From Paramecium tetraurelia (taxonomy: Eukaryota): a stretch of DNA of 64,000 bases. Where the stretch lies: contig CT868671.1 of assembly GCA_000165425.1 (NCBI GenBank), positions 191,027 to 255,026 on the forward strand, written 5' to 3'. Every line of letters starts with the position of its first letter. Position 1 is the stretch's first letter. Of this stretch, positions 28,308 to 41,100 are shown piece after piece. The notes under the pieces were generated by a model that worked only from the letters and a program-made list of their open reading frames with translations, did no database searches and was not told the DNA's origin. The position numbers and the translations under genes are program-made.

Positions 28308-28633
28308 TCACCAAGCAGGACGGAGAGGTGACTCTTCTAGCACATAATTCATCATTGTTATTCCTGGATTACCCATCATTCTAGCTATTTCCATTTCATG
28401 ATTAAGCATCATAACATCCATAGGTGCGGTTTCAATAAATGGCTTTGTTAATTGTACAAACAATGAGTATTCTTGTAGTTCCGACGTATAATCATTAGAC
28501 AAAAATGATAATTCCTCGTTCTACTCTAGTCTTAATAAAGGCCACTCATACCAATTTTACTCTTGCCTCTTAATGATGTTTATGCTTATGTACTGAGTAT
28601 TGTTAAAATCAGAATCAAGATGACCACCTTCAT
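28308..28633 (-). CDS. 99-aa secreted protein or peptide precursor, Met-rich C-terminus
   Basis: MKVVILILILTILSTQAQTSLRGKSKI|EQNEELSFLSNDY...SLFVQLTKPFIETAPMDVMMLNHEMEIARMMGNPGITMMNYVLEESPLRPAW; one 26-nt GT-AG intron restores the frame. Confidence 0.8.
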
Positions 28634-29067
28634 GGTAATTTAATTAATAACTAATATAAATCCGTTTTTTTCTAGATAATATTTTTCAAAGCATCAAATT
28701 GGATAACTACTTTTTATAGCAATGTTTACGATGTAGATATGCGTTGGAATTATTTCAAATGAAAAAAAATGTTACAAATTTCATTATAAGATCTAATATT
28801 GGATTATGAAGAACAAGTATTGATTAAAACAAGACAGAATATTTTATTTGTCGTTAAAATGTGTTATCTATAATAAGATTATTTAATTTTAATAAATCTA
28901 TATGTTAAACTAATATTTTTAAGATACTTTCAATTTAGAATATTATATTTGTTAAAAAACCTAGATATATTCTATTTAAGGGTTCGGATCACTAATTTGA
29001 ACTTAATGAATGCCCTTATGTTATTGTAATATTTAGATTATTTATTGTAAATTATAATAAAATTTAG

Positions 29068-30979
29068 ATGAGTAATGGTTAATTTTGTAAAAGTATAGGT
29101 CAGTATCAAATAGATTTGACCTCATCCTTAGGGAAAGGGTCATTTGGAGAAGTGTATATAGGAAAGGATACTAAAACATAAGAGATACTTGCAATAAAAG
29201 TTACTAGTCTAAAAGGGAATGAGAAGTAAATAGATTAAACCATAAAATTGTGTCAGAATGAATGTTAAATTATGTCGCGTTTGAATCATCCAAATTTAGT
29301 CAAATTTTATTCGTTCTAAAGAACTTAAAATAATATTTATTTCATGATGGAATATTGCGAGGGAGGAACCTTGAATTAATACATCGATAGGAAATGTAAT
29401 AAAAGTTAATTGAAATATTTGGCAGAGACAGAGGCCAGAATTATTTTGAGTCAAATTGTTAATGGATATAAAGAAATGTATAATTAAAATATTGTTCATC
29501 GTGATTTAAAGCCAAGCAATATTCTTATTAACAAAGGAGTGGCTAAGATTTCAGATTTTGGATTTAGTAAAATTCTAAATGATTTTGATAACTAGATACT
29601 AATGACATTTGCAGGGACACCTTTATATATGTCTCCTTAAATTCTGACTTAATAGTTGTCGAGACAATATTCTACAAAAACAGATATATGGTCATTAGGA
29701 ATTATATTTTATGAAGTCCTGTATGGATAGATACCTTGGAAGGCGAGTTCAATACACGAGCTTATGATGAAAATACAATCGGTCCCAATAAAATTTCCAG
29801 CGACTCCTCGAGTTTCAGATTAGATGAAATAAATAATATCAAAAATGTTGATAGTGGATGAAAAGGATAGAATGAGTTGGGATGAACTATTTTAATTGTA
29901 AATATAGCAAGATCAAGAATCATTACTGAATATAGGCAAAAGTGTTATTATGATAAATCAAGAAAAAGACATTTTGAAAAAAAAGAATCTAGAAAAAAAT
30001 CTAAACAGAGGTGTGGTTCAGAATATACAACATGGTAGATAGCAATAAGAATAGATAGAGAAGGCTTATCCAAAAATAGATGATTACTCAAACAAATCTG
30101 GAACAACATAATATACATAATCTTAGGATAAGTCTTCGGTAAGTCCGTCAAGAAAGGAGAAGATATTCTCCTAAAAAGAAAGGTCTGTTTCTCCAGTCAA
30201 AACACTTGCAAATTTTAATCAGAACTAACTTGTTTTGGGAAAAGAATAACAATAAGAGATTATAAATAATACTATAATTAAGAAGATCTCAGATTGGATT
30301 ACATACAAAAAGAATAAATCAGAATTTTTGAATAAAGTATCTCAATAGTTGTTTGAGTAATGGTCTGCAGGTATAATGATGATATTTATTTGTAGCTAAA
30401 TTCTAATTGCATCAAAGCATCTATCTAGCCATTTGCTTTTTGTTGACAAAGTACTAAGTTTTAATTTTGTACAAGATATATACCAGATTACAAAAAAAGG
30501 TTCTAAATAAGTATGTGAATTATTGATAATAATTTAGTACAACCAAAAAGTTCACAGAAAAAGAATGGGCAATTTTTTGTTAGAGTAAAGACTACCCTGA
30601 ATCATTAAAAATGATATAGAGAGATTATAGCTTGATAAAGGAATTTCTGATTGAATTGGTGAAAAAGACACAGGCAGCTCTGAGTGATACTTAAATAGAA
30701 GAAATGAAATAAATTAAATCTATTGCAAATATGGAGTAGGTAGAGAAAAAGAAATTTGATTACATTTTCTAAACTGGGTTATAGTATTATCTTAAAATTG
30801 TCTTGGATTAATTGCACCAAGAGTAGAATGATAGAGGCTTTTTGGAATTTGCTGTCCGTTTAAAGGATTGTTGCAGAATACATGACATTATAAATTTCCA
30901 AGAGTTAGATTTCTTCAAGTACGAGGATGATATCACAAATTCTTCTAAATAATAATTATTAGAGTAATTGCTAAAATGA
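29068..30979 (+). CDS. ULK/Atg1-like Ser/Thr kinase
   Basis: [42 protein letters not shown] and GTPLYMSPQ motifs; helical C-terminal tail. Confidence 0.85.
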
Positions 30980-31029
30980 GAATTTCCCCTATTAAAAGTC
31001 TAAACCTATAAATTATTGTTTATAATAAT

Positions 31030-34000
31030 ATGATTTTATTTTTTTTACTTTCACTAGTTAGAAGTGGAGAAATCTCACCATATCTTAGAAAACCAATAGA
31101 ACCTTCGGTCAATAATGAACTGGAAATATCAGACTACGTCTTCACATATACCACAGCAACCGATATGTTCAAAGGTGATCAATTACTAATAAAATTTCCC
31201 ACTTAATACATAAATTTGCCATTAACAAGAACAGCCTATTAAATTACACTTTAGAAGTGGAACCCAGATCTGCTAATATGGTAAACTATGACAGGAGGCA
31301 GCTGTTTTTATATCCCTACTAACAATAAAACTCCTTCACTTTTTAAAATAACCCTACCTGATGTTAAAGCAGGTAATTACAAACTAACAATACCTTCAAT
31401 ACCCAATCCCTTATATGGAGGGACAGGGAACTTTAAGATGGAAACACGTAGAAATGATGCCTACACAAAAGACGTGAATTTAATTGATTTTAATTATGCA
31501 TTTGGAAAAGTGGGAATAGCCAAGGCAGCAGCAGATTTAAGTGGAGTAAGTACTACATATTCTGCTTCTGGTGTAAACTTGATCAACAAAGTGACATTCA
31601 CATTTTAAACAAATATCTTGATACCAAAAGATGGCAGACTGACTTTAGATTTATCTAAATCAATTTTGTCCATCTCAGATGATCAATATTCCAGTACAAC
31701 GACTTTAAAAGGGAATATCACAAGATAAGGAATGATGTTTTAAATCAATGGGTTTGAAGATAATTAAGCAGCTGCATCTTATGAGATTGCAATTTCAGGA
31801 ATAATAAATCCAAAATACTCAGGTATTCCAGGAGAATATACATTAAGAACATGGACCGACAATACTAATACTATTTTGAATTAAAAGAAGGCAGTCAGTT
31901 TTCCATCAATTACTCCAGGAACATTGACAGATGTGAAAGTATCTGCTCATTGTACATTGACTGGATAAACTGAAATTATTTCAGTAAACGATATCACAAT
32001 ATATTAAATTACATTTTCTTTAATAAATGCTGTAGAATCAACAGGTTAGATAATAATAAATTGGTTAAGTGGAGTCCTATTTGAACCATGTTATGTAACC
32101 AATGGATTGTATGATTAAAGTGAGAGTGTGTAAGTGAAGTGTACTCAAAATTCCAATTAGTTTTTGATCTAGAATTTTAAAAGAGTCTAGCCCAAAACCT
32201 AAATAGTAGTATAATTCAAAGCCACCAATCCAGCCAGTGCTCCTTTGTCCAATTTAGAAATAAAGACCTATTAAGATTTAGCACAATTACAATTAGTAGA
32301 TACATATGCAAGTGTAACTGGATTGACATTGCAATCCTTCCCATAATTCGGTACATTTGATATCACTTTTCCAACACCTGATCATCAAAGAGCAGCATAA
32401 ACAGCTACTTGGGTAGTGAATTGGAAAAATGCAATAGTTCCTGCCACCTCATATTAATTAAAACTAATATTCAGTTCAGGTTTCTCCTTTAGTGGTCTGT
32501 CGTGTACTGCTGTAAATGATGCAGCTGTGACTGACTCTGGAACTTGCACTAGTAGTGGATCCATTCTGACATTCACTTTTGGAAATACCGCATTTTCATC
32601 CACAATTAATAACTAACTTACTATAGTAGGTGTGAAACATCCAACAACTCCAGGAGAATATGTCGTAGCTGTGAACTTAATCTCAAATCTGAATGTTGTT
32701 GTTTCAAGGAGAACAGTTTATTTCTAGGTTAATCCCTACAAATTAACTTCAATTCAATCTTTTCGATTGTCTCAAGATTAATTGATAAAGACCTTGATTT
32801 ATTTCAAGTTCCCTGCTTTAAATGATATCCCCAGTTCAGAATGGTAATAGGATTTTAATATAATGACTTCTGAGATTTGGGTTGAGTTTTAAACTGTGGA
32901 TTCCTTTCATCCAGCCCCTGCCAATTACCAATTTTTAACTGACTTGGGTACAGGTTTGACAGATCAAGCAGACTTTCCTTGTTATGGTTATTCCAAATTA
33001 TAACCTTTAAGTGGGAATTCTGAAATAAAATGTACATTAAATAAGCCAATCGCTACTCCTGATCCTGCAAGAGTTAAGGTTCATCATTTTAGAGCAGTGT
33101 TGAAGAATGAGCAATTTGAGTTGCATCTGCCAAATATTCAGAATCCAGAGTGTGAATCCTATTTGGTAACTGTTGATGATTTATGTCGATCAACTGCCTC
33201 AGTAACAATTAAGATTCTCTTAAAAAAGAACAGAATACAATATATAATGTATCAGAATGATCCAACTGATGTTAATTTGATCTTCCCTGCTGTCCTACCC
33301 AAGATAGTAGTTAAGAACAAATACAACGACAACTTAGTAGGTGGACTGCCATCACAAGCCTCTCCGAAGTTTGTGCCTACAACAATCAACCAATAGTCTA
33401 GCATTTAAATCAGATATGAACCTGGATCTACAAAGCCTTTAAAATCAGCAGTGGATACTTCTTAAGGCATAATATTTATATTCCCGTAATTGCCAACAAC
33501 CAATCCGTAAGCCTACATTGTAAACAAGAATGTTCAATGCAGTTTGGGATTGCTAACACAATTAAATTGTTATGCATATAGAGAAGTTGGGTGGGTGGTT
33601 GTCATTCCAACTACATTGATGGATGTTCCAGGAGCAAGTGCATTAGATGTAACATTTTATTTGAAAAACTTCATAAATCCTTATTATGCAGCTGATCCTA
33701 TTGGGTTCATTCAGATTATAACAATTAAAGACAATCAATAATGGGAACGCATGATCTTCCAAGACTTATCAAATTTTAGTCCTGGATCTGCAAAATCTGT
33801 TTAAGTATCATCCAGAAGATACGAAGCCAATATGATCGATGTAGAATACAATTGGTTGTTTTCATTCAATAATGATATACCTGCAGGTGGCAAAATCTAT
33901 TTGATTTATGCAGTTAACTTTTATGATCATGGTGGTGTTGATAGATTTATAGATTTCGAAGTTAAATAAGGATTAGAACCAGTCACTGATAAATTCTAAA

Positions 34001-37000
34001 GCAGCCAAAATACAAACATATAAATTATTGAGGGATTCAAACCTTACACCAAAGGAACTGTTATCAGTATAAAAATGACAGGAGTGAAAAACCCACCTAA
34101 GGCTGGATTAACAAATCTCTTTGGTATTTCCTCATTGACTTCAGATAATTATTATATTGATTCAACAACAGATGTTACAGCCTTGACAATTATTCAACAA
34201 GTACCCATTGGAGAAATAGTATTCAATCATTTTAGAATGTATCCAGATAATGGATCACCTCCAGATTCCATATTTCCAGCCACTTATGAAATCAGTTTCT
34301 ATCCCACTCGTAATATCCCCAAAAATGGTTACATTACTATCACTTTCCCATAGGATTTTTAAGCCTCTTCCCAATGGGCTACTTTGCCTACCAACCCACT
34401 TGATTCACTCTCCCACTCTTTTCTGGATACTATTACTGTTGACTCAGACATTAGATGTTATGTCAGTGGATCTCTAAAAACAATGAAAGATTGTTCGATT
34501 GAGAATTTGACTGTCAAAATCACCCTTGATACTGAATTGAGAATTGAGGCAGGCATGGAACCAGTAATAGTTACAATATTAAATGTTCGAAACTTCAATG
34601 AAGACAAAAACTCTGGAGTTATAGTTGTCCAAACTATCTATGATGCCGTTGTTTTAGATGATAGTGGTACCACTGAAACAAATAGAAAAGCCACAAGTGG
34701 ATTGAAAGCAACCTTTATGACAAATACTCAGTATTCTCTTCTATACTATCCTCTAACTGAAGGTGTCTAAGCAACCTACGAATTGACTCTCAAACCTACA
34801 TTAGACATTAAAGTCACTGCAACCATCGTAGTGGAATTTCCAGCAATGTTCCCCTATGGTTTAGGTGGAAGTGTAGGATGTGACATTCCGTTGTTAAGCA
34901 AAGCAACTAATGATCCTATTTAATGCAGTGTCTCTGCATGGTAAATTACACTATCTAATTTAAAGGCCTATGCTCCAACTGCAGATGGTTTTGTGGTGAT
35001 AATCACTGGTGTTCGAAACCCTAATTAAATAGTCACCACATCAACTATGCAGCTCAAATAAGGAATCAGAGTGTACATCATGTCTAATGCAACACATGCC
35101 TAAGAATTTGTTTCAAATATGGGGGTTCTCTCATTTACTCCTGCTGCTTCCATTGTACAATTACAACAATTAGTAATCACTTCCTCCAACACAAGAGATT
35201 ATGCTGATTACACTCTTTAATTACAGCCTGAAATCAACGGATCTCCAACCAAATTTAAGTTGGATTTCTAAAAGGGATATTAAATAGCTTCCCTGTGGAG
35301 TGAAAAGAAATTGAGTTTAGATGGAACTCCATTTGACGTTGAACCTTCAGGCAATAGTTTTAGTTTTGATACTACCTTCACAGCTGATATCACCAAAACG
35401 TTCTAAATTGTAGTCCAAAAACTACCAAATCCTTTGGATGAGGGTATTTGTCCAGGCTACCCAGATCTATCCCTTTATGATGGCACTACCAAATAAATCA
35501 TCATGCAGACATATTCAAATTTAATGTAACCCTCGACACCAGACTTTAAACATGCAGGTAAATTGATTATCATCGATGACGATGATCCAAATCATTATAT
35601 CGAAGCTGGTACCTATACCAATAATATTACATTGTCTTTGTATCCAGTAGAGGCTGCATCACAAACGATGGAGATATCCCCATTGTTTGATGAGGCTTTC
35701 AAGGACATTTTGAAAATAACCCCAATGCTAATAGATGGTGGCTAGAAGACTGGATAATTTAGAATTGGTGTAGACACATCAATTGCTGTTTTGAGAGTAG
35801 TCGTAAAGTTCACCCATGACATTAGTGGTTACATCCCAGTTCGACCAATTTATTTATGGATCTAAAGATACAAAAGTATAATTGCATATTAACTTAGATA
35901 TTTCAATAAGTGTGAGTGATGTATTTTAAGTTCCTGCTGGAGGTAGAAGTAGTGTGTAAACTGTGGAAATGTCCTATGGATCATATAAACCTATTACATT
36001 CTCATTCTATCTCTTGAATAACCAACCAAAATACTCAGCAGTCTATCCAAAAACAATCACTCTGAGTGATGGTCAAAGAACTGGCTAGTTCTGGGTTTCA
36101 TGTGGAATGGACACAGAAGGTGCAAATGGATAGTTATTGACAATAATATCTGGAGATGACAAACCAACATTCTAAGTAGCCAACAGAATCAGAAACTTTA
36201 GTGTGATTAATCCTGACTTAAATATTCCCTTCATAGTCATTAAATAGATTATGATTGCTGCAGATTCCTTGGTTTAAGTTCGTATAGTCACAAATGAACC
36301 ATGCACAATCTATTTTGCAGTAGTACCAACTTTTATTAGAGAGATTACATTACAGTAAATTAAAAATAAAATATTGCCCTATGATTACTTTAATTATCCT
36401 TTTATCTTTGGTGAATATGTCTATGATTCACCAACCTATGAATATCAAATACTTGTAGATTCATTGCAAGTCTCAACAGCTTATTAATTCGTTGCCTTTG
36501 TTGAAGACTACTCTGGAAATCTTGCAGATGCTCCTGCCATTCTATAATTCAATACTACCAACTATACGGATCCTCACTCTGATTCACTATCACTGACATC
36601 AACTCCAACAGTCTTTGCAGATACCAACACTTCATTAACATTGTCAGGTCTCTCAGGCAAGATTCATGCAATAGCCCTTAAAAACCCATCCTATATTTAT
36701 AAAAATCATTTTGCAGCAGACTCTTCAGTGTTAAGAAGCAGAAGATTTTTATAAGATACAACTACGACTGATACAACTACAACAGATACAACTGATACAA
36801 CCAATACTACTGATACAACAAATTCCACAAATCCTAATGATACGACAACAGACACTGATAATAATAACAATTCAACTGACATAGGTGTCATAAAATCAGA
36901 TCCTTATGTTCCTGAAGCTAGTGATTACACATGTAAAGTGTTGAGTATCAACTATCTCACCCAAATTTGTGAACCAGTAGCCGATCGTAAAGCAAACTTT

Positions 37001-37341
37001 ACCAGAATCGATTATTATGCTTAATGTTTACTATTTTATTTAATTTTAGAACTTATTATAAATCCAACAGGGAAACAAATTTCAAGAGGAGAGAATCACG
37101 AAGGAATACTAGTAGAACACTATACGACTTCTTCTGTATGCTCTATTTTTAATATACTTAGGATGGCACTATCAAGTTTCCTAATCTCGTCCCAGATAGT
37201 GATTACTTCATCTTCATCATTCAAGAATCAAATTCATAATATTCATCTAAACCACTAATGGTAAAAGGGACGACAAGAACCTTATTTGAACTCTACATCC
37301 TGAAACTGCTAGTACCAGTATTAATATATATTTTAATTTGA
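31030..37341 (+). CDS. Giant (~2000 aa) cell-surface protein with repeated beta-rich modules, Thr-rich stalk and hydrophobic C-terminus
   Basis: Signal peptide MILFFLLSLVRS; recurring I/V-x-N-P motifs; C-terminus ...LFELYILKLLVPVLIYILI-TGA; few introns, all in the 3' part. Confidence 0.8.
36754..36880 (+). repeat. Thr/Asp/Asn-rich mucin-like repeat (DTTTTDTTTTDTTDTTNTTDTTN)
   Basis: Imperfect GATACAAC(T) repeats in frame within the giant surface protein. Confidence 0.8.
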
Positions 37342-38173
37342 TCACATAGCATTATTATTTATATTTTAATCTCTCTTAAAAAGGAGATTATATATTGAAA
37401 TATAGTGATTATATACTTCTTTTAAATTTGTCAATAGATGTATATTTTTTATAGCTTAGTTTAATTAATATGTTAATATCACAAATTAATAATTATTCTA
37501 ACGATTAAGTATATTTACTAAAAGATTAGTTTTATTACTAATTAAATTTATTATATAAAAAATAACAATTAAATTTATTACTTTACAGAAAAAATACAAT
37601 TCATTGATCTCCAACATGAGAACACAAGTAAAAATTAAAGTATATCTCATTTAGATTCATAAATTAAATGAATAGTATGTTATTCCAAATATACAAATTC
37701 TGAAAATAGAAATGAAAATATAATGTACAAAGTTTAATCAATGATTAATATAGGCTTTTTCAATAATTCAACTATTTCTAAAACTGAACTCCATATAAAT
37801 GGATCTTTTTATAATGATATTTTCTTTACTGCAATAGAGAAGATATCATTCTATTGAGGAATCAAGTTATAAAATTAGGCTTAAGTTTCAGGTTAAGATT
37901 TTTGAAATGAGTAATCACGATGAATTATGAAAATACTATGTATATAGCTTATAATTACAAAATTTTTAGATTATAGTTTATAAAAACTTGCAACCAATTA
38001 TTCATTTTTAGATTTCATTCAAGAATTTTGGTGATCACTAAAGTAGGTTATTCTAAGAATAGGTAGTATAAGTTTATTTTTATAACGGGAAGTGAGTAGG
38101 TTTTTGTTATTTAATTAGTTAATCCAATTTGAATATTTAGTTTCTAACATAATTTTTATATTTTATTAATTTG

Positions 38174-41100
38174 ATGGACAAGGAACAAGAGTTGCCAACC
38201 CTGTAATAGTAAGAGAAGGAGCTTGAGAAGAAGCGTACAAAACAAGGCTTGGATTAGCATTTCAAATTATTTAATGATCTCTTAAAATTAAAATATGCCT
38301 CATACACAAAGACAGCATTAATGCTAATTATAGCATTTATCCATCACTTTCTCGCTTAAATTAGATAGTACTTAAATAACTATATTCAGATATAAGAGCT
38401 TAATAAACATTCACTATTAAACTGAATCGACGATCCTTGATTAAATGATTGACTTTTGCACTTATTTCGACATCCAGGGCTTGTTGAGACAGGATATTAC
38501 AATAAACTACATGATGCTGTCAGTTTTTTTATTAGCAACAATAGGAAATACAATTCTCTACTTCATCCTTTATATATTGTAAGGAGATGACTATAGAGTT
38601 CGTAAGAGATTTTTGGGGAAGGTAATTTGATAAGTTGTATGTAGAAATTCGTACAATTGTCAGAATGGTATGTGTGGTTATTACATTATCCAGCAATGGT
38701 TGTATTTTTTGAGAACATTGTTTGTGGACCTACAATAGACTGTACAAAATCGTCAGTAAGAGATATTATGATATCTCTGTCTGTGATAGGGTAATTTGAA
38801 CGAATTAAGTCTTAGGGTGTTTTTTGGGACAATAAACAATTCTTTCTTGAGTGTCTTTTTTCATAACAACATCAATTAGAAGAAGGATTGTTTTAATACT
38901 GAGAACTCACTTTATCTAGTAGCCTTTCAAATATTCCGAATGATTCAGGCATTTCTCTTAACTTTCAAGTTCATATATAAATTATTTTCATAGTTCAAGT
39001 GAATATGCATTTGTTTGGGTGATGCTAATTGTAATATTTTTTGGATATAGTTATTTTTTGATGAATTGTCTATTCTTTAGTGGATACATGGCATTTGCAA
39101 CAACTTCAGTTAGGAACACATTTTAAATCTTATTAATAATTATGGTTTCAACTAGTTTTTCGATGATAGTAGATGAATTGTATAGGTATAACACAGCCAA
39201 ACACTAATTTGAGAATTTCAGTATATTTTTTACAGTTTCTTTTATATTCCTTTGTTGCTGTTTTATCTACAACTTGAAGAATTCTAATTTTAAGGATATC
39301 AACTTTGAGAATGCAGAAGATAATCAGATAAATAAATAAATGTTCATAATGAGTACTCTTATAGAAGTATCGAATTAGGATATCAATGTCGATTTATTTT
39401 TCAAGGGAATTCTCTAAAGACATATGGAAGTTGATTGTAGACACACGGTAATACAAGGAGAAGGGAGATGTTTTTGTAAGAAGAAGAAGGTATTTGATTC
39501 AAAGAAAAAGAAAGAAGTAGCCTTGGATGATTGGTTGATTCATAAGAACATATTTGTTAAATTCTTAATGAAATCGTGGCTTGAAATCAAGTTGAATCAA
39601 AATCCTAATTCGGTTGAATTATTGATACTGTATGCTAGATTTATGTTTTATAAATTTCAAAACCATCAAGTGTCATTGCACATATTATCAGAATTAGAAA
39701 AGCGTTTTCTCTTCATAATTAATAGATATAAAGCATATCAGTTGAAGACTTAGATTATGAAATATGTTAAGCATAGGAATTAATAGAGTTATCGAGAAAA
39801 ATTAGAAACCCAGAATGCACTGTATATTGAAGATATAATAGAAACAATAAAGAAGAACATAAACAATATAATGATTCAAAATTGTGTATTTTGGAAATGC
39901 TTATAGAAAGAAGTAATTGATTTGGAAGAATTGGATGAATTACTAAAGAATCAATTTGATAAAATAGAGTAAACTAATTAGTTGTGGGTCTAAATACAAA
40001 ATTATCTTGACTTTAAAAAGAAGTGGAAATTCTATTATGCTTGGTTTACTCTGTATATTGAGAATAAGAAACTGAAGAATAAAATATTGGATAACTTTTA
40101 GGGACTGTCTGTTAATGAGAATGATATATTCTCTGAGGAACTTCAAGAAAACAATTTGGAAGAAGACATAGCTAGCATTAAATCTGATCAAGAACAAAAA
40201 ATAGATATGGATAAAATTGATATAAAGAGCAAACGCATAGTGTTTGATAAAAAAGCATGTATTATATAAACCAGTGATGATCCAGATGCTATCATCATAA
40301 AAGTGAATAAATAATTCACTAAAATCTTTGGATATACAAGAGAGGAAGTGTCTATGAAATTCCCAATCGCATAATTGATGCCAGATATCTATTCAAAGGT
40401 GCATCCATCTTTATTAAATGATTACAGAATGACCGGAAAAGGACATTCACTCTATTCCTAAAGAAAGGTGTATTGTATTCACAAAACTGGATATATGTTT
40501 ACAGCATAGAAGTTCTTAAAATTGTATGTGGATTTAAATGGATGTTCTTAATTTGTTGTAATGTTGAGACCTACAGATATCAACAATGAAAAAAAACATG
40601 ATGTGATAATCTTGAATTCAGATTGGGAAATCAATGGAATGACTCCAAATGTTATTCAATCATTGTAAATTGATTAGGAATTATTCCAAAAATAAAAAGT
40701 ATAAACACTTGTTAATTTACTTCTATTTGCACCTAAATTGATATAATTTAGTAGAGCCTGTTCATTAATAAATGAACAAACTGATTTAGAATTATTTGGT
40801 ATGTAAAAAACTAAGAAAAGACGAGAGTAGACAGTTAAATCAACTAAATCAAATATGCTTTCGGATAAAATCAAAATTTAAGTAAATATGGCTCATTCAG
40901 GATCAAGTAATTAAGGAATTCATAAAAGTGGCAATGCCATATCTTCAGATGATTAACAATCTAATTATCATTAAATGCAATCATTAGAAGTGCCTGAAGA
41001 TAAATAGTTCTTTTAATATGCTAGTAGTGTTAGTGATAAAAATGAGGCTCAAGATTTCAAGCACCAAATTGATTAGTATTCAGAAATGCAGAACAATATG

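Noticed and set aside
37617..37745. 42-codon ORF MRTQVKIKVYLI... in intergenic DNA
   Set aside because: Expected by chance with a single stop codon in AT-rich DNA; no motif
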